Shown here: piece after piece, positions 18,119 to 28,300 of the stretch
Layout of the letters: each line of letters begins with the position of its first letter
How positions within the stretch are numbered: the first letter of the stretch is position 1
Assembly: GCF_000737315.1 (NCBI RefSeq)
Contig: NZ_JMCB01000019.1
Span: 173,596-237,595 of the forward strand
Reading direction: 5' to 3'
DNA: 64,000 nucleotides
Source: Hyalangium minutum
GTDB lineage: Bacteria > Myxococcota > Myxococcia > Myxococcales > Myxococcaceae
The notes under the pieces: model-generated
Told to the model about the DNA's origin: nothing
The model's database searches: none
Seen by the model: the letters and a program-made list of their open reading frames with translations, nothing else
Position numbers and translations under genes: made by a program

Positions 18119-18691
18119 ATGCCTCGCTTCAGCCGCAGTCTGGATGTGTACCAGGGCTTCAACTTCAAGAAGGACAAGCAGAGCAACGTCGGCGTGCTCC
18201 TGACCATGAAGGTCGGGGGCAAGGAGCTGAAGGCCGATCTGGAGACCATCAAGGATCCGGAGCAGCCCACCAAGGACATCAAGGCCGTTGGGGTGCTCAA
18301 CCACTACCTGTGGGAGACGGGCTCCACGGACTCCATGTACTTCGCCGGGCAGATCTCCACCGAGAACCGGCAGACGCTGGCCATGCTCATCCTCAATGAC
18401 TTGACCAACATCGAGGTGGAGTTCAGCTACGCCATCTACCAGTTCGACCCGCTGGAGAAGAAGTACTTCAAGTCCAGCTTCCACAAGTCCGCGCTCAAGG
18501 GCCTGGTGGAGAAGAGCGGGGACGAGCTGAAGGTGATGGTCGACGATGATCCGGCGGAGGAGGTCACCTCGCCGCAGAACTTCACCTTCCAGATCGGCAT
18601 CAAGCCGCAGCCCCAGGAGCAGCAGGTGACCCTGGCCAGCGCGCCGCAGATGAAGGTCGAGAAGAAGTGGGGCTTCAAGAGCGGCAAGTAG
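18119..18691 (+). CDS. Putative inner-tube protein, IglC-like (not canonical Hcp)
   Basis: Directly after tssC; beta-rich 190 aa; lacks typical Hcp motifs; TMKVGGKEL and FTFQIGIKP resemble recalled IglC segments. Confidence 0.6.
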   Translation: MPRFSRSLDVYQGFNFKKDKQSNVGVLLTMKVGGKELKADLETIKDPEQPTKDIKAVGVLNHYLWETGSTDSMYFAGQISTENRQTLAMLILNDLTNIEVEFSYAIYQFDPLEKKYFKSSFHKSALKGLVEKSGDELKVMVDDDPAEEVTSPQNFTFQIGIKPQPQEQQVTLASAPQMKVEKKWGFKSGK

Positions 18692-18730
18692 CCGCCAGGC
18701 CTCACCCCACCCGCTGAGTTCGAGCCCACC

Positions 18731-19987
18731 ATGGATCCCCACAAGATCGCCCGCGTCCGCTGGCAGGCGGGGCAGATGCTCCTGCCCGAACACTTCCGCG
18801 CCCAGGACGAAGTCCTCTCCGCCGAGACGCTGCTCTCAGCGGAGCTCACCGGCCTGCCTCCCGTGGGCATCGGTGGGCTCGAACTCAACCGGGCCCAGCT
18901 GGCCGAGGGCACCTTCTCCCTCGGCTCGCTGACAGCCCTCATGCCGGGTGGCCAGCTTGTGCAGGTGCCCGGCAACGCCACCGTAGCGCCCATCTCGCTG
19001 GAGGAGACGGGCCGCTCGCGGCTCACGCTCTACCTCCACCTGATGCACGAGACCCGCGGCGCCGAGGGAATTCCCCTGTACGCGAAGGATCCTCCCGCGC
19101 TCCACCGGGCGCTCCACATCCTCCAGCTCTCCGCCGAGCAGGCCCTGGATGGGGCGATCAGCTCGCTGCCGCTGGCCGAGCTCCAGAAGGATGAGCTGGG
19201 GCGGTGGGAGCTGTCGCGGGAGCAGCTTCCTCCCCTGCTGCGCGCCAGCCCCCACCCGTTCCTGGATGGGCTGTTCTCCTGCCTGGACGAGCTGCTGGAG
19301 CAGGCGCACGGGCAGCTGCGCACGGCCATCCGTGACCACTACGTGCGCGGCGACCGGCTCTCCAATGCCCGGCGTGCCCTGTGCGAGGTGCGCCGCGCCC
19401 AGGGCCTGCGCGCGGACATGCGCCATGGCCTCCACCCCTCCACCTACCACCTCTTCTCGATGCTCCGCGAGCTGTACCTGCAGATGTGCTGCTACCTGGA
19501 GTGCGAGCCGGCGGAGGAGCTGCCCGCCTACGAGCACGACGCACCGGGCCCGGGCCTGTGGCAGTGGATGAAGCTGCTCGCGGGTGGCCTCCGCCCGAGC
19601 CAGGCAAACCGCCGCACGTACCAGCCCCTCGACTGCCGCGAGGGACGCTTCGTGATCTCGCCCTTGCCCCAGGAGGAGCCCGCGCCGAACGACTTCTACC
19701 TGCTGATCCGGCGTCACGAGCGCGACAAGCCTCGCGCTTTGGAGGGCGTGAAGATCGCCAGCCCCCTGCGCCTGCCCCTCGTGCGGCGACAGGCCCTCAA
19801 GGGCCTCACCTTCCGCCACGTGCCGTACCCCTCGTTCCCGCACGCGTTCGACTCGGACATCGACTGGTACCAGCTCACGACCGAGGGCGAGGAGTGGCAG
19901 GCCGTGCTGCGCGAGGGCGGGCTCTCCCTCCCCGTGACGCCGCCGCTGGAGGGAGCCCAGGTGTTCCTCTTCTGGAGGAGGACGTGA
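18731..19987 (+). CDS. tssK: TssK-like baseplate connector (IglD-like)
   Basis: RVRWQAGQMLLPEHFRAQD matches the TssK W.EG..L.PQHFQQQD pattern; position after the tube gene as iglD. Confidence 0.8.
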   Translation: MDPHKIARVRWQAGQMLLPEHFRAQDEVLSAETLLSAELTGLPPVGIGGLELNRAQLAEGTFSLGSLTALMPGGQLVQVPGNATVAPISLEETGRSRLTLYLHLMHETRGAEGIPLYAKDPPALHRALHILQLSAEQALDGAISSLPLAELQKDELGRWELSREQLPPLLRASPHPFLDGLFSCLDELLEQAHGQLRTAIRDHYVRGDRLSNARRALCEVRRAQGLRADMRHGLHPSTYHLFSMLRELYLQMCCYLECEPAEELPAYEHDAPGPGLWQWMKLLAGGLRPSQANRRTYQPLDCREGRFVISPLPQEEPAPNDFYLLIRRHERDKPRALEGVKIASPLRLPLVRRQALKGLTFRHVPYPSFPHAFDSDIDWYQLTTEGEEWQAVLREGGLSLPVTPPLEGAQVFLFWRRT

Positions 19988-19988
19988 C

Positions 19989-20369
19989 ATGCCACGCCGG
20001 CCCTTTCTCGACAGGTTCTCCAGCCGCGGCGCCTCTGCGCGGGAGCCGCTGGGCCCCGTTCTGCGCAACCTCGAGGCGGTGCTCAACACCCGCGAGGGCT
20101 ACGGCTTCTTCCAGCAGGGCTTCGGGCTCGGGGACTACACCGGGGACCGCGGCGGCAAGGAGCTGGTGCCGTTCCTCACGGAGGAGCTGCAGCGCCAGGT
20201 GGCGCAGTACGAGCCCCGGCTGCGCGACGTGGAGGTGACGCTGCGTGGCCAGGACGCCGCCCTGTGCCTGCACTTCGAGGTGACGGGCCTGCTGAGCGGC
20301 GAGGCCCTGCGGCTGGGGCTGATCTTCGACACCGTGAGCAGCCGGGTGCGGCTGGAGAGGAAGGACTGA
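19989..20369 (+). CDS. tssE: TssE / gp25-like baseplate protein
   Basis: VLRNLEAVLNTR...FGLGD...VAQYEPRLRDVEV. Confidence 0.85.
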   Translation: MPRRPFLDRFSSRGASAREPLGPVLRNLEAVLNTREGYGFFQQGFGLGDYTGDRGGKELVPFLTEELQRQVAQYEPRLRDVEVTLRGQDAALCLHFEVTGLLSGEALRLGLIFDTVSSRVRLERKD

Positions 20370-20370
20370 C

Positions 20371-22014
20371 ATGCCAGACACATTCGAGGACAGGCTGGCC
20401 GTCTCGCTGACGCTCACCGTGGAGGGACAGGCACACGCCATCCCTCCCGGCAACATCCAGTCCTTTCATCTGGAGCTGCATGGCTGGGGACTGGAGGGGC
20501 GGGTGGAGTTCATCCTCACCGACAACAAGAGCCTGGGCGGCAAGCAGAAGGACACCCTGCTGCCGGACTTCCTCAAGCCCGGCCTCGCCGAGGTGGCGCT
20601 CGAGGTGAGCGCCGTCCAGACGGACGCCAAGCCCAAGCAGAAGCCCACGCCGCTGAAGCTCCAGGCGCTCGTGTCCTCCAAGGCGCTCGTGGAGCTGCCG
20701 GGTGGCTCCGGCCCGAAGGCCGCTCTGCTGCACCGCCGCTACACCGTGCACTTCCTGGACGCGGCCCAGCTGCTGTGGCGCCAGCACCACCCGTGCGCGC
20801 TCTACACGCAGAAGACCTTCAAGGATGTCCTCGACGAGCACAAGGGCGAGAAGATCCAGCTGACCTATGACTGGGACGCCGTGCTGGGCGTCTCGCAGCC
20901 GCTGCTCTTCCTTGGGCTGGAGCGGGAGCTGGGAGCGAGCTTCTACGACTTGCTCCAGTGGTACCTGGAGCGCCACCAGGGCGTGCTGGCGTATGACGCG
21001 GAGAAGGGCAGCTACTCCCTGCTCGGCGCGAAGTCGGAGAAGGGCAAGCCGCTAGAGCTGGATCCCGGAGAGGTGGCCTCGCTGGAGGTGCACCTGCCCG
21101 AGGTCATCCGCCACGGGGCCACCATCCTCAACGCCGTGGCCGAGGACCCCAAGCGCGAGGAGCTCACCCATGCCCAGGCCGTGAAGGGGCTTCGCCAGGA
21201 CGTACTGCTGTGCACGCCGCTGGCCGACTCGGTGCAGGCCCGGGTGGATCTGGAGAAGGCCCGCCTCGAGGCGCGGGGCATGGAGCTGGAGCTGGAGTGG
21301 CGGCGCATGCCGGCCCAGGCCTTCGCGCCGGGGACGCTGGTGAAGCTCTCGCCGGAGAAGGGCTGGAACCCGGCCAGCGTGGCCGCGAAGGACACCTTCC
21401 GGATCCGCTCCATGAGCCTCCACGGGCAGGCGCTCGTGGCCGACCCCGACGCGGAGCGCGAGGCTTCGAGTGCGGGCTTCCACTTCCAGATGAGCACTCG
21501 GCTGGAGCGCCAGGACGAGCGCTGGATCGACCGCCCCGCGTACACCCCTCCGCGCTTTCCTCGGTACGTCGAAGGCTTGCTGGTGAGCGAGGTGGGCGAG
21601 GAGAAGCACGAGACATGGCAGGTCTACAGCGAGGAGAAGACCTCGCTGGACAGCTACCGCATCCAGCTGCCGATCTTCGAGGACCAGGTGGTGAGCGCCC
21701 CCTTCAATCCCAACTTGCTGCCGGGCCACTTCTACTTCCCCGCCTACAAGAAAGAGCGAGTGCTGGTGGCGCTGGACTTCCAGCGGGCTTGGGTCAAGCG
21801 CTTCCTGGACTGGCGGGCCAGCGCGCGGATGCCGCAGGAGAGCCAGGGCGTGCAGCTGCTGATGGGCAAGACGCCCACCAACGGCGCCACCCTCCAGCAG
21901 TCCTATGAAGACGACAAGCCCGTGCTCTTGCTGCAGCGCACCCACGAGAAGGACCTGGGGGTGATCCGCCTGCGCGAGGGCTCGATGCGAATCCAGATCA
22001 AGGAAGAGGACTAG
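20371..22014 (+). CDS. VgrG N-terminal hub protein (gp27-like plus OB-fold; PdpA-like), no beta-helix
   Basis: LYTQKTFKDVL...SFYDLLQWYLERHQGVL and GHFYFPAYKKERVLVAL resemble VgrG hub and OB-fold motifs; ends at 547 aa. Confidence 0.65.
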   Translation: MPDTFEDRLAVSLTLTVEGQAHAIPPGNIQSFHLELHGWGLEGRVEFILTDNKSLGGKQKDTLLPDFLKPGLAEVALEVSAVQTDAKPKQKPTPLKLQALVSSKALVELPGGSGPKAALLHRRYTVHFLDAAQLLWRQHHPCALYTQKTFKDVLDEHKGEKIQLTYDWDAVLGVSQPLLFLGLERELGASFYDLLQWYLERHQGVLAYDAEKGSYSLLGAKSEKGKPLELDPGEVASLEVHLPEVIRHGATILNAVAEDPKREELTHAQAVKGLRQDVLLCTPLADSVQARVDLEKARLEARGMELELEWRRMPAQAFAPGTLVKLSPEKGWNPASVAAKDTFRIRSMSLHGQALVADPDAEREASSAGFHFQMSTRLERQDERWIDRPAYTPPRFPRYVEGLLVSEVGEEKHETWQVYSEEKTSLDSYRIQLPIFEDQVVSAPFNPNLLPGHFYFPAYKKERVLVALDFQRAWVKRFLDWRASARMPQESQGVQLLMGKTPTNGATLQQSYEDDKPVLLLQRTHEKDLGVIRLREGSMRIQIKEED

Positions 22015-22026
22015 GAGCGGCACGCC

Positions 22027-22626
22027 ATGGCGAAGCTCATCTGCACCATCGATCTGGACAAGGAGAAGGGCCTCACCGTCACGGTCGAGGATCCCGAGGG
22101 CAAGCTCACCCAGACGGTGATGCTGGATGGCAAGGCCATCACCCTGGAGGTGAAGAGCGACTCGGACACGAGCACCATCGTCCAGAAGGCAGACAGCATC
22201 AGCGTCACCTGCAAGGCCTTCAGCGTGGAGGCCGACACCATCACCTTGAAGTCCAAGAAGGAGTCGGCGTGGACGAGCGACGAGACGCTGGAGCTCAAGA
22301 GCACGAAGGACATGGCGCTCACCTCCAGCGCGAAGCTGACGCAGAAGGCCTCGAAGGACGCGGTCCTCTCCTCCAACGCCAACCTGGAGCTGAAGGCCAC
22401 GCAGAAGCTCACGCTCGAGGGAATGGAGGGCCAGGTGTCCGCCACCGGAGGGCCGCTCAAGCTGGAGGGAGTGAAGCTGGAGCTGAAGGGCAAATCCCAG
22501 GCGGAGCTGGGAGCCCCGCTCATCAAGGTGGCGGCACAGGGACAGCTGGGACTCGAGTCCTCGGGGATCGCGGAGCTGAAGGGCTCGATGACCAGCGTAA
22601 GCGGCTCGCTCGTGAAGCTGGGGTGA
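22027..22626 (+). CDS. vgrG: Stand-alone short VgrG/gp5-type beta-helix spike
   Basis: Ser/Thr/Lys-rich short beta-strand repeats ending ELKGSMTSVSGSLVKLG. Confidence 0.75.
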   Translation: MAKLICTIDLDKEKGLTVTVEDPEGKLTQTVMLDGKAITLEVKSDSDTSTIVQKADSISVTCKAFSVEADTITLKSKKESAWTSDETLELKSTKDMALTSSAKLTQKASKDAVLSSNANLELKATQKLTLEGMEGQVSATGGPLKLEGVKLELKGKSQAELGAPLIKVAAQGQLGLESSGIAELKGSMTSVSGSLVKLG

Positions 22627-22644
22627 GCGGACCGCCCTCGCTCC

Positions 22645-22683
22645 TGTGACGCAGTTCACACGCTTCCTATGGGGGCCCTCACA
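22645..22683. promoter_or_regulatory. Tandem CRP/FNR-type boxes upstream of tssF
   Basis: Perfect TGTGA-CGCAGT-TCACA (22645) and TATGG-GGGCCC-TCACA (22668), 23 bp apart. Confidence 0.7.
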
Positions 22684-22760
22684 GCCCCTTCGGTGAAGAA
22701 CGCTCAGAGTACGCGGCATCCGGGACGCCCACCGCCCCGGGTGAACGGATGGGATTTGCC

Positions 22761-24407
22761 ATGGCTGAAACGAATCAGCTCTATCAGGACTACCTCGCGG
22801 AGCTGGCGGCGCTCGAGCGCTTCCGCCAGGGCTTCCGCCACACCTACCCCGGCGTTCCCCTGGAGCAGGAGGACCCGGATGTGCGCCGGCTGGTGGAGGC
22901 CCTGGCCTTCTTCTCCGTGCAGACGCGGCACGCCACGCTGCGCAACCTCCGCTCCACGTGGCTGCGATTGTTCTCCAGCTTCTTCCACTGCCTGCTGGAG
23001 CCACTGCCTGCCACGGGCCTGGTGCAGGCGGCTCCCACGGAGAAGATGGTGGAGGCGGCAGTGCTGCCCCGAGGCACCGAGCTGAGCCTGCGGCCCGTGG
23101 GCGGCGAGGCGGGCTCCTTCCGCCTCGAGCGGGACCTGCGGGTGCTGCCCATCTTCCTGGAGGAGACGCAGGTGCTGAGCCTGGCGGATGGCGGCCACCG
23201 CCTCATCCTCCGCTTCGCCGCGGCCTTCCCTCGGAGGGATCCGGTGGAGGTGCTCAGCCTCCACGTGCGCCACCTGGAGGAGTACGGCAGTTCCCTGGCG
23301 GTGTACCACGCGCTCCGCAAGCATCTGCAGCAGGTGCGCGTGGTGTATGACGCGAAGGCGGATGAGCGCTCCGCGGGGCAGCTATGCGAGCACTCCTTCG
23401 GGCCGACGCCGTTCGCGCCCGATGACGCGAGCCTCTACGCCAACCCCCTGCAGCGCGCGCGCTCCTTCTTCCAGCTCCCGGAGCAGGGGCTCTTCCTGCA
23501 CATCCGGGTGGCGCCCACGCGGCAGGCCTGGAACCGCTTCAGCCTGTGCCTGGACTTGAAGAAGGAGTGGTCCGTGGGCCGCTCGCGCCACCCGGACTTC
23601 CTGCGCCCCTTCGTCGCGCCCGTCGTCAACCTCAAGGCCGCGCCCGCACAACCCATCACCCTGGATGGCACCCGCACCGAGCACCCGCTGTTGGGGCTGC
23701 GCAACGGCCATGGCTTCCGTCTGCACTCGGTGACGGGCGTCTACGTGCAGGGCTCCCGAGGCCGCGAGCCCATGCGTCCCGCCCACGTGCCTGGGCCCGG
23801 CCCCTCCTACGAACTGGACGAGCAGCTGGCCGCGGATGGCAACCCCTTGCACCAGCTGCTGGTGCAGATGCCGGAGGCCTTCCTCGAGCCGCGCAAGCTG
23901 CACGTGGACGCGCTCTGGTACCAGCCCCACTTCGCCACCGAGGCGATGGGCCGCCTCGAGGCCTCGACGCCCAGCCTCCACGTGGAGGGACTGCGGTGGC
24001 GCGTGCTGGGGGACGTGCAGCCGCCTCGCGAGAGCCCCCTGCGCCAGGACGTGCCCGCGCTGACGCGGCTGCTCTCGTGGAAGGTCCGCCCCACCCTGGA
24101 GCGGGACGAGCTGGCCGCCCTCCTGTCCTATCTGGGCACGTTCCAGGAGAGCGCCTTCGGCCCCATCCTCCCGCTGTTGCGCGCGCTGAGGTGCTCCGTG
24201 CTGCCGGATGGCGCGCTGCGCGGCACGGGGCTGCGGCACGTGTACGAGGCGCGGCTCGCGCCCTTCGACGCCAGCCAAGAGGCCCTCGTCGCCTGCTTCC
24301 TCGAGCAGGTGCTGGCCCTGCTGGACGCATGGAACGGCGAGGCCTCCGTGGAGCTGCGGCCCTCGGTGGACGGCGCTGGAGCTTTCAACCCCTGGGGAAC
24401 GCCATGA
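22761..24407 (+). CDS. tssF: TssF-like baseplate protein (IglH-like)
   Basis: YQDYLAELAALERFRQGF...EDPDVRRLVEALAFF; PFVAPVVNL. Confidence 0.85.
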   Translation: MAETNQLYQDYLAELAALERFRQGFRHTYPGVPLEQEDPDVRRLVEALAFFSVQTRHATLRNLRSTWLRLFSSFFHCLLEPLPATGLVQAAPTEKMVEAAVLPRGTELSLRPVGGEAGSFRLERDLRVLPIFLEETQVLSLADGGHRLILRFAAAFPRRDPVEVLSLHVRHLEEYGSSLAVYHALRKHLQQVRVVYDAKADERSAGQLCEHSFGPTPFAPDDASLYANPLQRARSFFQLPEQGLFLHIRVAPTRQAWNRFSLCLDLKKEWSVGRSRHPDFLRPFVAPVVNLKAAPAQPITLDGTRTEHPLLGLRNGHGFRLHSVTGVYVQGSRGREPMRPAHVPGPGPSYELDEQLAADGNPLHQLLVQMPEAFLEPRKLHVDALWYQPHFATEAMGRLEASTPSLHVEGLRWRVLGDVQPPRESPLRQDVPALTRLLSWKVRPTLERDELAALLSYLGTFQESAFGPILPLLRALRCSVLPDGALRGTGLRHVYEARLAPFDASQEALVACFLEQVLALLDAWNGEASVELRPSVDGAGAFNPWGTP

Positions 24408-25045
24408 ACCTGGAACATTGGAAGATCGTCTTCGCGCAGTACCGGCAGACGCGCGCGCTGTTGGACCAATGGCTGCCGGCCGAGACCTCGCGAAGCGAGG
24501 AGCGCACCCAGGTCCTCGTAGGACGCGCGGGGCTGGCGCAGTTGCAGCAGCAGTTACTGGTGGCGCTGGACGGCCTGCGCTCGGGGCTGGGCAGCCACTA
24601 CCGCTCCGAGGAGGTGGACGACGCGCTGCGGCCCTTCATCTATCTGCTAGATGAGCGGGTGCTGCTGCGCCTGGCCGAGGCCGAGCAGTACGACTGGCCC
24701 CCGCTGCAGCGCCACCTCCGCGGCGAGGAGGGCGGTGGAGACCTGTTCTTCGAGCTGGCGGACCAGAAGCTGAACCAGCCAGGAGCCTCGCCGCTGGTGT
24801 TCGAGCTGCTGCACTTCTGCCTCACCGCGGGCTTCGGCGGCCGCTACCTGGGCAACACGGCGAAGCTGCGTGAGTACAAGCAGCGGCTGGGGGCCCGCAT
24901 CGTCACCCCCGAACCCGCGCCTGCCGCGCCTCCCGCAGCCACGAACGCGCGGCCCCTGCTCTACGAGTTCCCCGCCCGCTACTACGCCGGCGCCTGCCTC
25001 TGCTTCCTGGGGCTGCAGGGCCTGCTGTGGTGGCTCTCCAACTGA
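24404..25045 (+). CDS. tssL: DotU/TssL membrane protein
   Basis: PFIYLLDERVL...LQRHLRGEEGGGDLFFE...LHFCLTAGFGGRY; C-terminal TM helix; ATGA overlap with tssF. Confidence 0.9.
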   Translation: MNLEHWKIVFAQYRQTRALLDQWLPAETSRSEERTQVLVGRAGLAQLQQQLLVALDGLRSGLGSHYRSEEVDDALRPFIYLLDERVLLRLAEAEQYDWPPLQRHLRGEEGGGDLFFELADQKLNQPGASPLVFELLHFCLTAGFGGRYLGNTAKLREYKQRLGARIVTPEPAPAAPPAATNARPLLYEFPARYYAGACLCFLGLQGLLWWLSN

Positions 25046-25054
25046 GGCGCCGCC

Positions 25055-25381
25055 ATGACTGCATCCCTTGCGAGAACAGGCAGTGAGCGCGCCTCCGTCC
25101 CGGCGGCCCCCGCGCTGCTGGAGCGCCTGGAGCGGCTCATCGACACGGAGCTGGGCCCCCTGCGAGCAGGCGTCGAGCCGCTGCTGGTGGACCTGCGCCA
25201 GGGCCTGGCAGCGCTCTTCCCGGGACCTGGAGGACAGCAGCTCTCGCCCCAGCAGCAGCAAGAGCAGCGCACCCGGCTCGACCAGGTGCTGGACACACTC
25301 GAAGACATTCTGGAGGCGCTGCAGCGCACCGCACGTGCGCAGCGCCGCACGGGCCCCACGGTGGGCCGGAGAGAGAGCTGA
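25055..25381 (+). CDS. Small helical hypothetical protein between tssL and tssM
   Basis: 108 aa with Leu/Glu heptads; 9 nt after tssL and 3 nt before tssM. Confidence 0.6.
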   Translation: MTASLARTGSERASVPAAPALLERLERLIDTELGPLRAGVEPLLVDLRQGLAALFPGPGGQQLSPQQQQEQRTRLDQVLDTLEDILEALQRTARAQRRTGPTVGRRES

Positions 25382-25384
25382 ATC

Positions 25385-28300
25385 ATGGAAAAGCTTCGCG
25401 AACTCGGGTCTCACGTGAGCCCCTACCAGGGCTGGCTGTTCCTCGCGCTGGGCGTGCTGCTCCTGGTGGCCGCCGTGGTGGCGCTCGCGGTGTGGATGCG
25501 CCGGCGGCGGCAGCGGGGCGCCACCTCCCTGGGGGCTCCGCCTCCCATGCCGGCCCAGCGGCTGCGGAAGATCCGCCAGGACTTCCTCAAGGCGCTGCCG
25601 TGGCTGCAGCGCGCCGCCGTGAGAGATCTACCGTGCGCGGTGGTGCTCGGCCCGGCGGGCAGCGGCAAGTCGAAGCTCATCGCCCTGGACGTGGACTGGC
25701 AGCGGCAGTCGCGCCAGTTCCTCCCCAGCCACACGAGCGACTCGCTGCTGAAGCTCTACCTTGGGCCCGACTCGGTGGTGCAGGAATTGTCGGCGCCGCT
25801 GACCGAGGACGACACGCCGCAGGCCCGCCGGTCGCTGCGCAAGCTGTGGAAGGACGCCTTTGGCCAGGGCCAGCATGCGCTCGCGGTCCTCGCGCTGGAC
25901 GTGCGCTGGCTGGCGGAGACCCCGCCCGACGAGGTGCGGCGCACAGCGCAGTTGCTGCGCGGCAAGCTCAACCTGCTGGCCGAGGTACGCAGACTCCCGG
26001 TGGAGACGCGCCTGTGCCTGACGCACATGGACACGCTGGAGGGCTTCGAGGACTTCGCCGAGCTGCTCCGCACCCACCATGTACCGCTCTCCTTCGCGCT
26101 GCCGCCTCGAGGCGAGGAGGGCCAGGTGGCCTCCCTCCTCCAGGCCCAGGAGCAGTACCTGGCGCTGGGGCTGACCTCGCTGCCGGTGGAATCCTTCGAA
26201 CGGCTGGAGCGCTTCTACTCCCAGGGCCACCGCCCCTTCGAGGCCCTGGCCCGCTTCACCACCGCGCTGCTCGAGGGTGGGACGCTGGCCTTCGTTCCCA
26301 AGCTGTCCCGGGTGTACCTCTCCTCGCCGTCGGCCCGCGCCTCGGGCGTGCTCTCCGTGCCCTCCGAGGCGCATGACGCCCAGACGCTGCGTCAGCGCTA
26401 CCTGCGCACGCACCTGAAGCGCGGCGCGATGCTGGCCACGGCCTGCAGCCTGCCCATGCTGGCCGCCTACGCGCACTTCTCCTGGCGGTTGTCGCAGGCC
26501 CAGGAGAATGTGGGGCGCTTCGAGAGCACGGTCCAGCGCATGCGCGACCAGGGCCAGGAGGTGTCTGGCAGCGTGGTGCAGGATCAGGTGCTCGCCGCGC
26601 GCCAGGCCATGGACGTGATGTGGCGGGCCACCGGCTACTGGCCGCTGCTGCCTTACAGCTTCTCCCAGGCCCGCGAGAACCTGACCAAGCGGCTGACCCA
26701 GGGCATCCGCGAGGCCCACCTGCGTCCCGCCCTCGAGCACTGCCAGAAGCAGCCGGACACGTGCCGCCCCGAGCAGGTCGTCTTCCTGCTGGCCGCCCTG
26801 CATGCCTCGAGCAGTGAGCCGCTCGGTCAGTTCGTCCTCTCCAGCCTGCGCAACCGGAGTGCGTGGAGCGTCTCCGGCAAGGAGGCACAGGAGACGGCCT
26901 CCACCACCGAGGCGCCCAACCTCGAGTCCACGCGCTCGTGGCTCACCGCCATCCATCTGGTGGAGTCCCTGGTGGGGCCCTACGTCACCCTCAGCGACAA
27001 GCCCTGGCAGGCCCCCACCACGCCAGAAGCGGACTGGGCGCGCTGGCCCTTCCGCGAGGCCTTCACGCTGGAGGGCCAGCTGGCTCCCTGGCAGGCCCAC
27101 TTCAAGCGGCTGGAGGACTTCCTGCAAGCGCAGGCGGTGGAGCCCTGGGAGCTGGACCGGATGAACAAGGAGCTGGAGGCGCTGCAGGAGGAGCGGCTGC
27201 AGCTCCAGGCGTGGCTGGAGGACAGCGCCATCTTTGCCGCCCTGCCGCGCGCGCTCGACCTGATCAAGGCCTCCGAGGCCCGCGTGGACACCAGCCGCTT
27301 CAAGGGCCTGTCCTCCACGCTCCAGTCCGTGGAGTGGATGAACAAACACCGCGAGGTGCTCGCCTCCCTGCTGCACATGGAGGAGGAGGCCTATACGGGC
27401 CTCAAGGCAGTGCAGAAGATGAGCGTGGCCGAGCTGCTCGTGCGTGGCGGAGTGTGGCAGCCGGGCCCCTCCAGCAAGGGCCCTCTCCAGCTGACCATCA
27501 CCCAGGGCCCCCTCGAGTTCCACCCGGCGGATAACTCGCGCCAGATTCACCGGGCCATCCTCCGCTACTACGAGCGTACGGGCCGCCTGCCCTTCGCCTC
27601 GGCGCGCGGTGAGGGGGAGGGCTCCTCTCCGTCCACCACCAGCCTGCCCGAGGAGCGGCTGAAGTTCGACACCCGCATCCGCCCGCTGGTGGACGAGTTC
27701 ACCCAGTTGCTCAAGAGCGCCGACCTGCCCGCGGAGGAGATCTCCCAGCGCCAGGAGCACGTCCGCCGCCAGGTGGATCTGTTCTCGATCCGGTACCGCC
27801 AGCGGCTCTACCAGCGCGTGAACGCCTACCGCCTCGACGCGCTCACCCCCGCCCTGCTCACCGAGGAGCTGTCGCGCCTCACCCAGCCCTCCTCGGAGCT
27901 GGTGGACATGCTGCGCGACGTGGCCAAGGGAGCCTCCCTCGAGCCGCTCGAGGGCCCCTACTACGAGTCCCTGCGCAACTCGGTGGCCACCTTCAAGCCC
28001 ATCGTGCAGGTGATGAAGCCCGACGAGAGCGGCAACTACGCTCTCCTCAATCCCTACCGGGCCCTGGTGGCGCAGCTGTCGGACGAGCTGCTGGCCGTCT
28101 CCCGCGGGGGAGCCCGGGCCGCATCCACCGCTCCGGCCTCCGGTGGCGAGGGAGGCAGCGCGGCCCGGCTCACGGAGATGCTCACACCCATGGGGCGCAT
28201 TGCCCTCTCGATGATGCTGGAGGCGGACGACTCGTATCTCCGCAAGGTGGATGCATGGCTGGACCAGCAGGGCTTCATCGGCGAGCTGCGTGAGCCCTTC

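Noticed and set aside
16007-22626. Extracellular contractile injection system (eCIS/PVC) or tailocin
   Set aside because: The TssJ/L/M membrane complex, TssK and a two-part TssB/TssC sheath indicate a membrane-anchored T6SS.
20371-22626. Frameshifted vgrG pseudogene
   Set aside because: Clean stop, separate ribosome site and start, and intact codon bias in both genes fit a real split.
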